DNA of 64,000 bases from Nitrospirota bacterium (GCA_009773185.1 WPIF01000006.1:14677-78676), one strand, 5' to 3'; counted from the stretch's first letter, positions 7,286 through 16,382 are shown. Notes: generated from the letters alone by a model not told the origin. A program made the numbers and translations.

Positions 7286-7352
7286 CGGAGAACCTCCTTG
7301 TTTGTAAGACAATGTAACACAAAATGAAATTGGTTGTCAAGTAACCACTTAG

Positions 7353-8624
7353 TCAAAACAATCTTGCCTGTCCTTTTATCTTTTTTCTCTCCACCTCTTC
7401 AAATATCTTTATCTTTCCGTATTCGCCGTCAAAGCCCGGTGCGATGTGGACTTTGCCTTGCCTCATCCTCGATATTGCCTCTGCGATTTGAGGGTTGCCG
7501 GCTTTTTCGCTATCCTCTATTGGAGTGTCCATCAATATTTTGAATTCATTGCCAAGTTTTTCGAGAAGATTAAAATATTCTTTTTGAACAGCCTTGCTGT
7601 TTACTCCTACCTTCAGAGTCTCTGAGATAATTTCCTGAAGTGGAATTGCGGAATAAAAAACAGGAGCATCTTTGGGCCTGAAACCGTCTTTTCTGTCAGC
7701 AAGCTTTGCTACCCTGTGCATGACTCCGATAGTTACCTTTTTCCCGCAGACAGGGCAGAGGTAATTATTTTTTATCGTCTCTTCAGGCGACAGGCTTACC
7801 TCGCATGTCCTGTGGCCGTCATAGTGATATTTGCCTTCCTCAGGAAAGAATTCTATTGTGCCGGTGAAGCCGCCTTTCTTTTTAATTGCATCAGTTATTG
7901 ACGCATACGATATCTCGGTATCAAGTATATTTGCCTCCCTTCCAATCTTTGGAGGTGAATGGGCATCAGAGTGCGATGTAAGAGTAATCCGGTCGAGTTG
8001 CGAAAGCCTCCAGTTCATTTTCGGGTCAGATGAAAGTCCTGTCTCTATCGCGTAGATATTAGGCGTCAATTCCTCAAAACATTCTTCAAGGGAATCAAAG
8101 CCTGAGGCAGCACCGAATACAGAGAAATGGGGTGTCCATGCATGTGCAGGAATGAGCATTGTCTTATCAGATGCATCGAGGACTATCCTGAGGAGCTTCT
8201 TTGCATCAAGCCCGAGGATTGGCCTTCCGTCTGCTGAAAGATTCCCTATCTTTGAAAGCCTGGCGTTAATCTTTCCCGCAACAGTAAGGTCAGGCGCCAG
8301 AAGAATGCTGTGTATCTTTCTCACTCTGCCATTTTTGCTGTAGATACAGCTTATCTCTGCAGTGAGCATGAAATACATGTCGGAGATGCATGAGACAGGG
8401 ATATCATCATTCCTGTATTTTTTTTTGAGTTTGAATAAACCATTCCCGCAGTCTTCCAGTTTTTCCTTTAACTCACTGAGCCATTCCGGATGCGTAAAAT
8501 CACCTGTCCCGATAACCTTTATCCCTTTTAACTGCGACCATTTCCAGAGATTTTCAGGGGTCATGTCAGGGCTTGTTGCGCGGGAATATTTCGAGTGCAT
8601 GTGAAGGTCTGCGATAAATCTCAT
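7353..8624 (-). CDS. Endonuclease Q-like PHP-domain nuclease
   Basis: 423 aa. The N-terminal ADLHMHSKYSRATS...VIGTGDFTHPEW fits a PHP fold. A Zn-ribbon CPVCGKKVTIGVMHRV is present. Length and layout match EndoQ as I recall it. Confidence 0.6.
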   Translation of the reverse strand: MRFIADLHMHSKYSRATSPDMTPENLWKWSQLKGIKVIGTGDFTHPEWLSELKEKLEDCGNGLFKLKKKYRNDDIPVSCISDMYFMLTAEISCIYSKNGRVRKIHSILLAPDLTVAGKINARLSKIGNLSADGRPILGLDAKKLLRIVLDASDKTMLIPAHAWTPHFSVFGAASGFDSLEECFEELTPNIYAIETGLSSDPKMNWRLSQLDRITLTSHSDAHSPPKIGREANILDTEISYASITDAIKKKGGFTGTIEFFPEEGKYHYDGHRTCEVSLSPEETIKNNYLCPVCGKKVTIGVMHRVAKLADRKDGFRPKDAPVFYSAIPLQEIISETLKVGVNSKAVQKEYFNLLEKLGNEFKILMDTPIEDSEKAGNPQIAEAISRMRQGKVHIAPGFDGEYGKIKIFEEVERKKIKGQARLF

Positions 8625-8694
8625 GGTAGATTATAAAAGATATTAAGAGAGAAACGAAACAAAATAGTTATCTGATAAGGAAATAAAACTGTTA

Positions 8695-8794
8695 GCCGGC
8701 AATAGTATAAGTCTTTCGCTCATTCTCGGTCTTCGACCTCCGGGGAATCCGCCAGGGGCGGATAAAACCGCTCAAGACCAACACTATCGCCGGC
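8695..8794 (+). repeat. MITE-like structured repeat, copy 1
   Basis: The core TTCGCTCATTCTCGGTCTTCGACCTCCGGGGAATCCGCCAGGGGCGGATAAAACCGCTCAAG is shared with copies 2 and 3. Its own imperfect terminal inverted repeats are GCCGGCAATAGT.../...ACTATCGCCGGC. Confidence 0.7.
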
Positions 8795-8804
8795 AATATA
8801 TTTA

Positions 8805-9560
8805 TTATTCTTTCTCTTGTTTCTGAGGCATATTTTTCATGGCCTCTTCCATTTTCTTCGCAGCTTCTTCCATCTGTTTTTGCTGTTCTTCAGTCATCTG
8901 TCCGCCCTGAGGCATCTTTGAGACACTTTCCCGCATCTTCTTTGTGGCCTCTTCAATTTCTTTTGCTGCCTTTTCCATCTCTTGGGTTTTTCCAGCCAGT
9001 TCTCCGGAAAGTTTCTTCGCTGCCATCTGTCCGGTTATACTGAGGAGTATCAGTATCGCGCCTATAATACCGAATACGAGCCATGCTTTTTGGGAAGGGA
9101 TTTTGTGGATCTCTATGCTCGCGGCAACGAGAAAGAAAGTATAGGCCACAATGCCTGCTGCGCCCCCTAAATAAGGGATGATACTGAGAATTGCAGCTAT
9201 CGGCGCAAATGCCGAGATGTATGCTCCGCATCTGTAGGCTGTTTCATATGATTCCTGTGAACCCATGAGTTTCCATATCACGAAGAGTATCGCAGCGCCC
9301 ACGAAACCGAATATCGCGATAAAAATCGGCATCATTATTATGGCTGCCAGGCCCATTGCTATTCCTCCGGCTATACTCATGCCAAGGATGCTAAGAACGG
9401 CCTGTATGAGACCGGATATAACACCCATCACTACCATAAAGACAAGCGGCTCGACAAATCCTCCTGTCTTTGGCATCTCCCTGAAAAAAGCGGCAGGAGT
9501 TGTCAGAACCTTAATTGCAGTCTGCGGGAATGCAGCGAAATTTATACCTTTACCTTCCAT
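8805..9560 (-). CDS. Yip1-domain multi-pass membrane protein with a Lys/Glu-rich tail
   Basis: 251 aa with about 5 hydrophobic helices. The N-terminus INFAAFPQTAIKVLTTPAAFFREMP is Yip1-like. The C-terminal tail is charged and coiled. Confidence 0.55.
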   Translation of the reverse strand: MEGKGINFAAFPQTAIKVLTTPAAFFREMPKTGGFVEPLVFMVVMGVISGLIQAVLSILGMSIAGGIAMGLAAIIMMPIFIAIFGFVGAAILFVIWKLMGSQESYETAYRCGAYISAFAPIAAILSIIPYLGGAAGIVAYTFFLVAASIEIHKIPSQKAWLVFGIIGAILILLSITGQMAAKKLSGELAGKTQEMEKAAKEIEEATKKMRESVSKMPQGGQMTEEQQKQMEEAAKKMEEAMKNMPQKQEKE

Positions 9561-9704
9561 AAGAACCTCCTTCTTAAAAGTTTACAGGTTAAAAGCTGAT
9601 TTTTAAAAAAAAGTGTAGCAGTAAATGAAATGCTTTGCAAACTGTATTTTTAATTTCAGGTTCTTCCTTAATTTGTATTCTTTAAGCTAAAATTGCATAT
9701 AAGC

Positions 9705-11156
9705 ATGATGACTATTTCAGGCAGAAAAATCTCATATGCTGGAATTTTTATTTTCTGGTTTGTCACAATGGCTGTCCTTTTATTCAGGCATTACGGATTA
9801 AACCAGAATATAGCGCCTGCTGCCTATAAGTCTGTTATCCCCGATGAATTACTCGGGGAGCAATGGCTGGGGGTTTATTATAAGGGAGAAAAGATAGGGT
9901 ATGCCGGCAGGCAGATAGAAAAAAAGGACGAGGGATACAAGGTCTCTGAACTGTTGAAAATGAGGCTTAAAGTTATGGATACCCGGAAGGAAATAGAGAC
10001 CATAACCAATGCCTTTCTGGACCATGGCTTGAGGCTTAAATCTTTTGATTTTGAGCTCAAGTCAGATGCGGATATGACAATCAGGGGCAGGGTCAAGGAC
10101 AACAATCTTAATGTGGAAATAGAGACTCAGGGAGCAAAATCAGAGAAGGTTGTCCGTTTAAAGGATGCTCCATCACTAAACCTTTCCGTTGTCCCCGATA
10201 TTCTTAAACAGGGGCTAAAGACCGGCAGGAAATTCACTATGGCAATAATTGACCCGGCAACTCTTATGCAGGAAAATATGTTTATAGAAGTCACAGGCAA
10301 AGAACCGATTACTGCCATGGGAATAAAGCAGGATGCATTTAAGGTAAGGGGGGTGTTTAAGGGCACGGAGTTTTTTATGTGGCTTACGGAAAAAGGTGAA
10401 GTCCTTAGAGAAGAAAGCCCGATGGGATTTACCCTCATCAAAGAATCTAAAGAAAACGCAATGCGGATTGAGAGGCCATCCCTGGATTTCATAACACAGG
10501 TTGCAGTGCCTTTTAATCTAAAACTTCCCCGCGATACCACTTATCTCATGGTGAAGATTTCAGGGATTGATTTTAAAGGGTTTGAACTGGATGGGGGGAG
10601 GCAGAGGCTTGAGGGTGATGTGCTGGAGATAAGAAAAGAGGCCCTCAGCTATCAGCCCTCAGCTATCAGCTTAAAACATCAGGAAGAATATCTTAAAGAC
10701 ACGATGTTCATTCAGTCTAAAGACCCGCAGATTGTTGCTTTAGCAAAAGAGATTGTAAAAGGTGAAAAGGATAAGCTGAAGGCAGCAAGACTGATTTATG
10801 AATGGGTATATAAGAATATCGAGAAAGTTCCGGCAATAACTATTCCAATGGCAACAGAGGTGCTGAAGACAAAAAGAGGCGACTGCAATGAGCATACTAC
10901 TCTTTATGTTGCGCTTGCGCGCGCAGCAGGGATTCCGGCAAAGATTGCAATAGGCTTAACTTATAAAGACGGTTTTTTTTATTATCATGCATGGCCTGAG
11001 ATATTTGTTAAACAATGGATTGCAGTTGACCCTACACTCGGCCAGTTTCCTGCAGATGCAGCGCATATAAGGCTTATCACAGGGGATATTGATAAACAGG
11101 CGCAGATACTTTCCGTGGTAGGGAAGATAAAGATTGAAGGGATGGAGTATAAATAA
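9705..11156 (+). CDS. Transglutaminase-like (TGc) domain protein
   Basis: RGDCNEHTTLYVALARAAGIPA...YHAWPE fits a Cys-His catalytic core. N-terminal TM helix. The start is ambiguous (TTG 9693 or ATG 9705). Confidence 0.75.
   Translation: MMTISGRKISYAGIFIFWFVTMAVLLFRHYGLNQNIAPAAYKSVIPDELLGEQWLGVYYKGEKIGYAGRQIEKKDEGYKVSELLKMRLKVMDTRKEIETITNAFLDHGLRLKSFDFELKSDADMTIRGRVKDNNLNVEIETQGAKSEKVVRLKDAPSLNLSVVPDILKQGLKTGRKFTMAIIDPATLMQENMFIEVTGKEPITAMGIKQDAFKVRGVFKGTEFFMWLTEKGEVLREESPMGFTLIKESKENAMRIERPSLDFITQVAVPFNLKLPRDTTYLMVKISGIDFKGFELDGGRQRLEGDVLEIRKEALSYQPSAISLKHQEEYLKDTMFIQSKDPQIVALAKEIVKGEKDKLKAARLIYEWVYKNIEKVPAITIPMATEVLKTKRGDCNEHTTLYVALARAAGIPAKIAIGLTYKDGFFYYHAWPEIFVKQWIAVDPTLGQFPADAAHIRLITGDIDKQAQILSVVGKIKIEGMEYK
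10642..10669. repeat. 14-bp x2 tandem repeat inside the CDS
   Basis: CCCTCAGCTATCAG occurs twice, perfectly. It encodes ..LSYQPSAIS.. Confidence 0.9.
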
Positions 11157-11170
11157 ATGAATTCAAAGAG

Positions 11171-11255
11171 GGGAAGGCATTATATTTTCGCTCATTCTCG
11201 GCCTCCGAGGAATCCGCCAGAGGCGGATAACACCGCTCAAATACAATGCCTTCCC
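11171..11255 (+). repeat. MITE-like structured repeat, copy 2
   Basis: 17-bp terminal inverted repeats GGGAAGGCATTATATTT / AAATACAATGCCTTCCC. Same core as copy 1 but with a 9-bp deletion. Confidence 0.75.
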
Positions 11256-11311
11256 TAATTTTTTAAAAAAAAGAGGGGGCCGAATTAATGCGGCCCCGAG
11301 CTGTGGAAACA

Positions 11312-12436
11312 CTATTCAGTATCTCTCATGAATTTAAAATAAACCATTGCCCAGTTGCCGAGGATGATTGATGTGATTCCTGTGAGGCTGGCTATGGACA
11401 TGGTGGACATGCCTGTTACGCCGTGCCCGAGGTTACAGCCTCCGGCAATGACCGCGCCTATTCCCATAAGGATACTTCCAAAGAATACGGTAAGGACTTC
11501 CTTTGCCGGTGGGATTTTCCACTTGAATTCCTTGAGGGCAAATGCACTGAGAGCCGCGCCAAGCGGAATGGCAAAGATAAAAAATACGCCCCACGTACCT
11601 TTGAATATTCCCAGAAAACTGAATTCCTGGAATGGAGAATGGGAACTGTTGGTAAGCACGGTATAGAAGAATTCCCTTAATGGTGTAGTTATGGCAAGGC
11701 CTCTTGGGATGCCTCCGAAGATAGAAGATACCTCCCATGCCAATATAGTCAACAGACCGATAAGAACTCCGGTCAATCCCCATGTATAACCTTTCCTGAC
11801 CACTCCGAAAGTAGGTTTTCCCTTAAATATAAAGATTAATAACGCGATGGAGAAAACTGTGATAGTAATCCATTTTGCCGCAGGACTGCCCCCGAAGAGA
11901 TCCCAAATGGCAGGATTCTTTATCCCAAAAATCTCAACATTGAAGCCCTTCAAAAATTCACGGACCGGGCTCAATATCCCGTCTGTAGTCATTGCAACAC
12001 CAAAGAAGAACCCGACTATTGCAACTAAAGCTGCCATCTGTCCTTCTCCGAGCCTGTAAACAATCCCGCTGGCACATCCCCCTGCAAGGACTATCCCTAA
12101 TCCGAACAGGAAACCACCGAGTATATTGGCAATCGGCACAAAATTCTGGCGCAGCAATGTGGTTGAAACAAATTGGCCTGCTTCCTGGTCAAAAGCCATT
12201 ATGAGGCCTGCGTCTTCCAGCAAATTCGTGCCGATTACAGCTACTACCACACATAGCAGATATGACCTGAAAAGCGTGAGGTCTTTTATAAATATGATGT
12301 CCCTGAATGCAGAATTAAGGCAGAAACGCCCTTTTTGTAGTATAAATCCCAGAGACAGCCCAAGAATTACTGCCGTCAATGCCGAGACAACACTACCGAA
12401 TGGCATACGCTTCCCTCCCGCTCCAAAGATGCGCAT
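11312..12436 (-). CDS. YeeE/YedE-family sulfur-compound (thiosulfate) transporter
   Basis: Polytopic membrane protein with the two signature Cys loops LAGGCASG and AGGCNLGHG. The start is probably an internal Met (e.g. 12406). Confidence 0.75.
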   Translation of the reverse strand: MRIFGAGGKRMPFGSVVSALTAVILGLSLGFILQKGRFCLNSAFRDIIFIKDLTLFRSYLLCVVVAVIGTNLLEDAGLIMAFDQEAGQFVSTTLLRQNFVPIANILGGFLFGLGIVLAGGCASGIVYRLGEGQMAALVAIVGFFFGVAMTTDGILSPVREFLKGFNVEIFGIKNPAIWDLFGGSPAAKWITITVFSIALLIFIFKGKPTFGVVRKGYTWGLTGVLIGLLTILAWEVSSIFGGIPRGLAITTPLREFFYTVLTNSSHSPFQEFSFLGIFKGTWGVFFIFAIPLGAALSAFALKEFKWKIPPAKEVLTVFFGSILMGIGAVIAGGCNLGHGVTGMSTMSIASLTGITSIILGNWAMVYFKFMRDTE

Positions 12437-12911
12437 GCTTACCGCATCCGTTTCCTTTTGCTATGAGTACAGGCATCTTCGCATTTTTCTCTACTTCTCT
12501 GGACGCGCATCCGGTTACAAGCTTCTGCATCCGTGACTTTCCGCTGCAGCCTACAATGATGAGGTCAACCCCTTCTTGTTCCGAAACCTTAAGGATTTCC
12601 TCTGAAGGATGTCCTGCTCTTATGACGGTTTTAATATTTGTCAGGCCGCCGTTTTCCATCTCTTTTTTATAATACGTCAGCACTTTTTCTGCTTTTTTGT
12701 CCAGGGCCTCTTTATACTCTGTGTCTTCCAATGCATCCTTTAAAGTTGCGAGTTCTGCATCCCCAAGCATGGCAGTCATCATGGAATTACCTTCCAATTG
12801 TTCAACATGAAGCAGGATTATGCTTTCTGGCGACCAGACCAGATTTCTAAACAATGACAATATCCCCTTTGAATCCTTTGTACTATCAACTGCAAGCAAT
12901 ATTTTTTTCAT
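12393..12911 (-). CDS. Universal stress protein (UspA family), paralogue 3
   Basis: MKKILLAVDSTKDSK..., ...DLIIVGCSGKS..., ...PVLIAK. Confidence 0.8.
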   Translation of the reverse strand: MKKILLAVDSTKDSKGILSLFRNLVWSPESIILLHVEQLEGNSMMTAMLGDAELATLKDALEDTEYKEALDKKAEKVLTYYKKEMENGGLTNIKTVIRAGHPSEEILKVSEQEGVDLIIVGCSGKSRMQKLVTGCASREVEKNAKMPVLIAKGNGCGKHAHLWSGREAYAIR

Positions 12912-12950
12912 TTTTTCTCCTTTTTTAGTTGTTTTAAAATTTTAGTATTT

Positions 12951-13460
12951 TTATGCCTTGGCAACAGCTTCCTTCCAGTCATAAACTTTCTCGTCTGCCG
13001 TGTCTTTTGCCACGAGCACAGGCACGTTTGCATTTCTTTCCACTTCCTTGCTTACGCATCCGGTTATGAGCCTGTGGACGCCCTGTTTTTCATTAAAGCC
13101 CGTGACTATGAGGTCAACGCCTTCTTCTTCAGCAACCTTGAGAATTTCTTCAGCAGGAATTCCATCCCTTATCACTGTCTTTATAGTGATAAGGCCGCTG
13201 TTTTCCAGTTCCTTCCTGTAATAGCTGAGGATATTTTCAGCCTTCCTGTCCAGTTCCTCCTTATACTCTGTACCTTTCAGAGATTCTCTTAATGTTGATA
13301 ACTCGGCTTCCCCGAGCATATCAATCATCAGCGAGCCTCCTAAAAGCCTTTCCACATGGAGAAGGATTACTTTTTCCGGCGGCCTGACTAAATTTTTGAA
13401 GACAGATAACACAGACTTGGAACCTTTTGAATCATCAACTGCAACCAAAATCTTTTTCAT
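12951..13460 (-). CDS. Universal stress protein (UspA family), paralogue 2
   Basis: MKKILVAVDDSKGSK..., DLIVTG..., PVLVAK. Confidence 0.8.
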   Translation of the reverse strand: MKKILVAVDDSKGSKSVLSVFKNLVRPPEKVILLHVERLLGGSLMIDMLGEAELSTLRESLKGTEYKEELDRKAENILSYYRKELENSGLITIKTVIRDGIPAEEILKVAEEEGVDLIVTGFNEKQGVHRLITGCVSKEVERNANVPVLVAKDTADEKVYDWKEAVAKA

Positions 13461-13487
13461 TTTTCCCTCCGTTTTTATTTTCAGTTG

Positions 13488-14069
13488 TTAAGGTAAAAAT
13501 ACCTTTTCAAAAATAATTCCCAAAAAAAACATGGCTAAAATTATTACTGTAGAGAGTGATACTGCATAATAAGCATCTCTCCACGTGTAAGATTCTTCAC
13601 ATATGACCGGCTTTCTTGCTGCGAGAACAGGTACCAGTGCATTTTTTTCTACATCTCTGGCAACACTGCCGGTAATGAGCTTGTTTAGTCCCTCCTTCCT
13701 GCTGTAGCCAAGAATTATGAGTTCAACACCTTCTGCTGCTGCGACATTAAGGATGTCTTCAGCAGGAACCCCGTCTTTTATTAAGGTCTTTATATTGAAT
13801 ATACCGCTCTCTTCCAGCTCTTTCCTGTAATAGTTGAGTATCTTTTCAGCTTTTCTGTCCAGTTCCTTTTTATATTCCGTATCTTTAAGTTCCTCTTTAA
13901 GTATTGATAAATCTGCTTCTCCCAGCGTATTGATCATTAATGACCTTCCTAAAAGCCTTTCTACATGGAGAAGGATTACCTCTTCAGGCCGCTGGACTAA
14001 ATTCTGGAAAGTAGCCAACACTGCCTTTGAACCCTTTGTATCATCTACTGCAATCAATACCTTTTTCAT
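13488..14069 (-). CDS. Universal stress protein with a C-terminal TM anchor, paralogue 1
   Basis: MKKVLIAVDDTKGSK..., ELIILGYSRKEG..., with a C-terminal hydrophobic helix. GAGGGGGA SD. Confidence 0.8.
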   Translation of the reverse strand: MKKVLIAVDDTKGSKAVLATFQNLVQRPEEVILLHVERLLGRSLMINTLGEADLSILKEELKDTEYKKELDRKAEKILNYYRKELEESGIFNIKTLIKDGVPAEDILNVAAAEGVELIILGYSRKEGLNKLITGSVARDVEKNALVPVLAARKPVICEESYTWRDAYYAVSLSTVIILAMFFLGIIFEKVFLP

Positions 14070-14125
14070 TTTCCCCCTCTTTCGCTTAAAAGTATTGCAT
14101 TTTTCAATATGCCATTTACAGTAAA

Positions 14126-14141
14126 AGCATCTTCTGTGCCA
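14126..14141 (-). promoter_or_regulatory. Sigma-54 (-24/-12) promoter for the usp cluster
   Basis: The minus strand reads TGGCACagaagATGCT, with GG-N10-GC spacing satisfied. It lies ~57 nt upstream of ATG 14069 and is divergent from a sigma-54 activator gene. Confidence 0.55.
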
Positions 14142-14298
14142 GTTTTATAGTAATTTAAAAAACCGTTTAATATTAGGCAGATAAGTGAAGTAATGGATTT
14201 TTTTATTGACAGGAATGTGTTAATATTGTTAAAACTGTTAATTAACAATAATTAACGGTTGATAAATTAGCTTAACGCTTGGTTCAATTTTTGACACT

Positions 14299-15660
14299 AT
14301 GGCTGGGTTAGATAAATTCTTAAAAGATCCGAAATTCCTGATGGATGTCTTTGAGACCATGAGGGACGGCCTCATGATTGTAGATACTGAAGGAATTATA
14401 TTGTTTTTCAATAAAGCTGCTGAAGAAATAACAGGCTATCGCAGAAACGAAGTAATAGGAAAATCCTGCACCATGCTCGACAGCGATACCTGCGTAGTCT
14501 TAACCGAAACAGGCAGGCAAAGAAGCTGCGATCTTTTCAAGACCGGTTCCATCTGCAACAAGAGATGCCGTATAAGGGACATGTCCGGGAGGGGAGTCTA
14601 CCTCTTAAAAAACGCTGTTACCTTAAAGGGCGAGAATAATGAAATAATCGGCGCTGTAGAGACGATGACAGATATTACTTCATTATATATGAAGGAATTA
14701 GAGCTTGAAGAACTAAGGCAGGAATTAAGAAAGGAATACTGGTTTATGGGGCTTCTCGGGAAAAGCGCTCTGATGCAGAATTTGTACGAACAGATACGGA
14801 ACGCTGCCATTAGCGAGGCCCCTGTTTTGATCTGCGGTGAAAGCGGCACCGGCAAGAACCTTGTTGCCAATGCAATCCATTCGCTCAGCCGGAGAAAAGA
14901 CGGGCCGTTCATCAGCTTGAATTGTGTGTCTTTGAATGAGCATCTTCTTGAAAGCGAACTGTTCGGCCACAAGAGAGGTTCGTTTACCGGCGCCATAAGT
15001 GACCGCACCGGAAGATTTGAGGCCGCGCACAACGGGACTATCTTTCTCGATGAAATAGGAGATATGCCTCTGATTATGCAGGCCAAACTCCTGAGAGTCC
15101 TTGAAGAGAAAGTAGTTGAGCGTGTTGGAGAAAACAGGCCTATTCCTGTTAATGTCAGGCTTATATCAGCTACAAATAAAGATTTATATAAACTTGTCTC
15201 TCAGGGTAAATTCAGGGAAGATCTTCTTTACCGGGTCAATTCTATTTTTATCAAAACTCCTCCGCTGAGGGAGAAAATCGAAGACATACCTATTCTTGCC
15301 TTTCACTATCTGAAGAAAATCTCTGTTGTGAATAATAAAGAGATAAAGAGAATAAGCCCTGAGGCAATAGATATTATAGAGAATTACAGTTGGCCGGGAA
15401 ATGTGAGGCAGCTTATTAATGCCCTGGAGCATAGCGCAATTACCTGTAAGGGTGATACAATCGAGGTTTCTGACCTGCCTGACTATATCTTTCATAATAA
15501 GAAGCTTGAATCCATAGAAGGTAATTCTAACCGTATTAACAAGGAGAAAATACGTTCTGCGCTTTTGATGCACAAAGGCAACAAGACCCTGACTGCCAGG
15601 CACCTCGGAGTCAGCAGGGTAACATTGTGGAAAAAACTCAGAGAACTTGGGATAGACTGA
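14299..15660 (+). CDS. PAS-domain sigma-54-dependent transcriptional activator (bEBP, Fis-type HTH)
   Basis: N-terminal PAS domain. AAA+ module with GESGTGKNLVANAIH, the GSFTGA variant of GAFTGA, and ELFGH. C-terminal HTH. Confidence 0.85.
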   Translation: MAGLDKFLKDPKFLMDVFETMRDGLMIVDTEGIILFFNKAAEEITGYRRNEVIGKSCTMLDSDTCVVLTETGRQRSCDLFKTGSICNKRCRIRDMSGRGVYLLKNAVTLKGENNEIIGAVETMTDITSLYMKELELEELRQELRKEYWFMGLLGKSALMQNLYEQIRNAAISEAPVLICGESGTGKNLVANAIHSLSRRKDGPFISLNCVSLNEHLLESELFGHKRGSFTGAISDRTGRFEAAHNGTIFLDEIGDMPLIMQAKLLRVLEEKVVERVGENRPIPVNVRLISATNKDLYKLVSQGKFREDLLYRVNSIFIKTPPLREKIEDIPILAFHYLKKISVVNNKEIKRISPEAIDIIENYSWPGNVRQLINALEHSAITCKGDTIEVSDLPDYIFHNKKLESIEGNSNRINKEKIRSALLMHKGNKTLTARHLGVSRVTLWKKLRELGID

Positions 15661-15693
15661 TATAAGGATTAGAGTATATATCAATTTAAATAA

Positions 15694-15787
15694 GGAGAAG
15701 GCATTGTATTTGAGCGGTTTTATCCGCTCCTGGCGGATTCCTCGGAGGTCGAAGACCGAGAATGAGCGAAAATATAATGCCTTCTCC
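15694..15787 (-). repeat. MITE-like structured repeat, copy 3 (inverted)
   Basis: TIRs GGAGAAGGCATTGTATTT / AAATATAATGCCTTCTCC. The core is the reverse complement of copy 1. Confidence 0.75.
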
Positions 15788-15801
15788 TTGGAATTAACAA
15801 G

Positions 15802-16257
15802 ATGAAACTAAGAATTTTGGGGCTTACAGTATATTCAATCGGCATGGCTTATGTTGAGGCAATGGTTGTTATCTATCTGAGAAGGCTTATCCCATTTGAA
15901 GGGTTGAGTGAATTGTCTGTGGACAAGATTGCTGTTTTTCTGGGGGAAAACTATATCCTGTTTGAGGAGCAGACAAGAGAGGCTGCCACAATTGTAATGC
16001 TAATATGTGTTGCTCTGCTTGCAGGAAGGAATTTAAAAGAAAAGACAGCAGCTTTTTTATGGTGCTTCGGGATATGGGATATTTTCTATTATGTGTTTCT
16101 CCGCATCTGGACAGGCTGGCCAAAGTCATTTATGGACATGGATGTGCTGTTTTTAATCCCTGCGCCGTGGGTCTCGCCTGTTGCAGTGCCTCTGGCAATA
16201 TCGGTCATTATGCTGGGTGTTGCTCTTTTTCTATTTAAAGGGAAGGGAAAGGCTTAA
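15802..16257 (+). CDS. Small integral membrane protein, unknown function
   Basis: 151 aa with ~4 predicted TM helices. Confidence 0.5.
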   Translation: MKLRILGLTVYSIGMAYVEAMVVIYLRRLIPFEGLSELSVDKIAVFLGENYILFEEQTREAATIVMLICVALLAGRNLKEKTAAFLWCFGIWDIFYYVFLRIWTGWPKSFMDMDVLFLIPAPWVSPVAVPLAISVIMLGVALFLFKGKGKA

Positions 16258-16382
16258 CGACTATCCAGTTACCCGCTTGTCCGCACTCAGGCCGCCTCAG
16301 ACGACTCGCAACCAAGCCGGAATGAAACGACTAAATGCAACTTGAACATTTTTTTGTTAAACTCTTTAAAATATAAGCTGCT

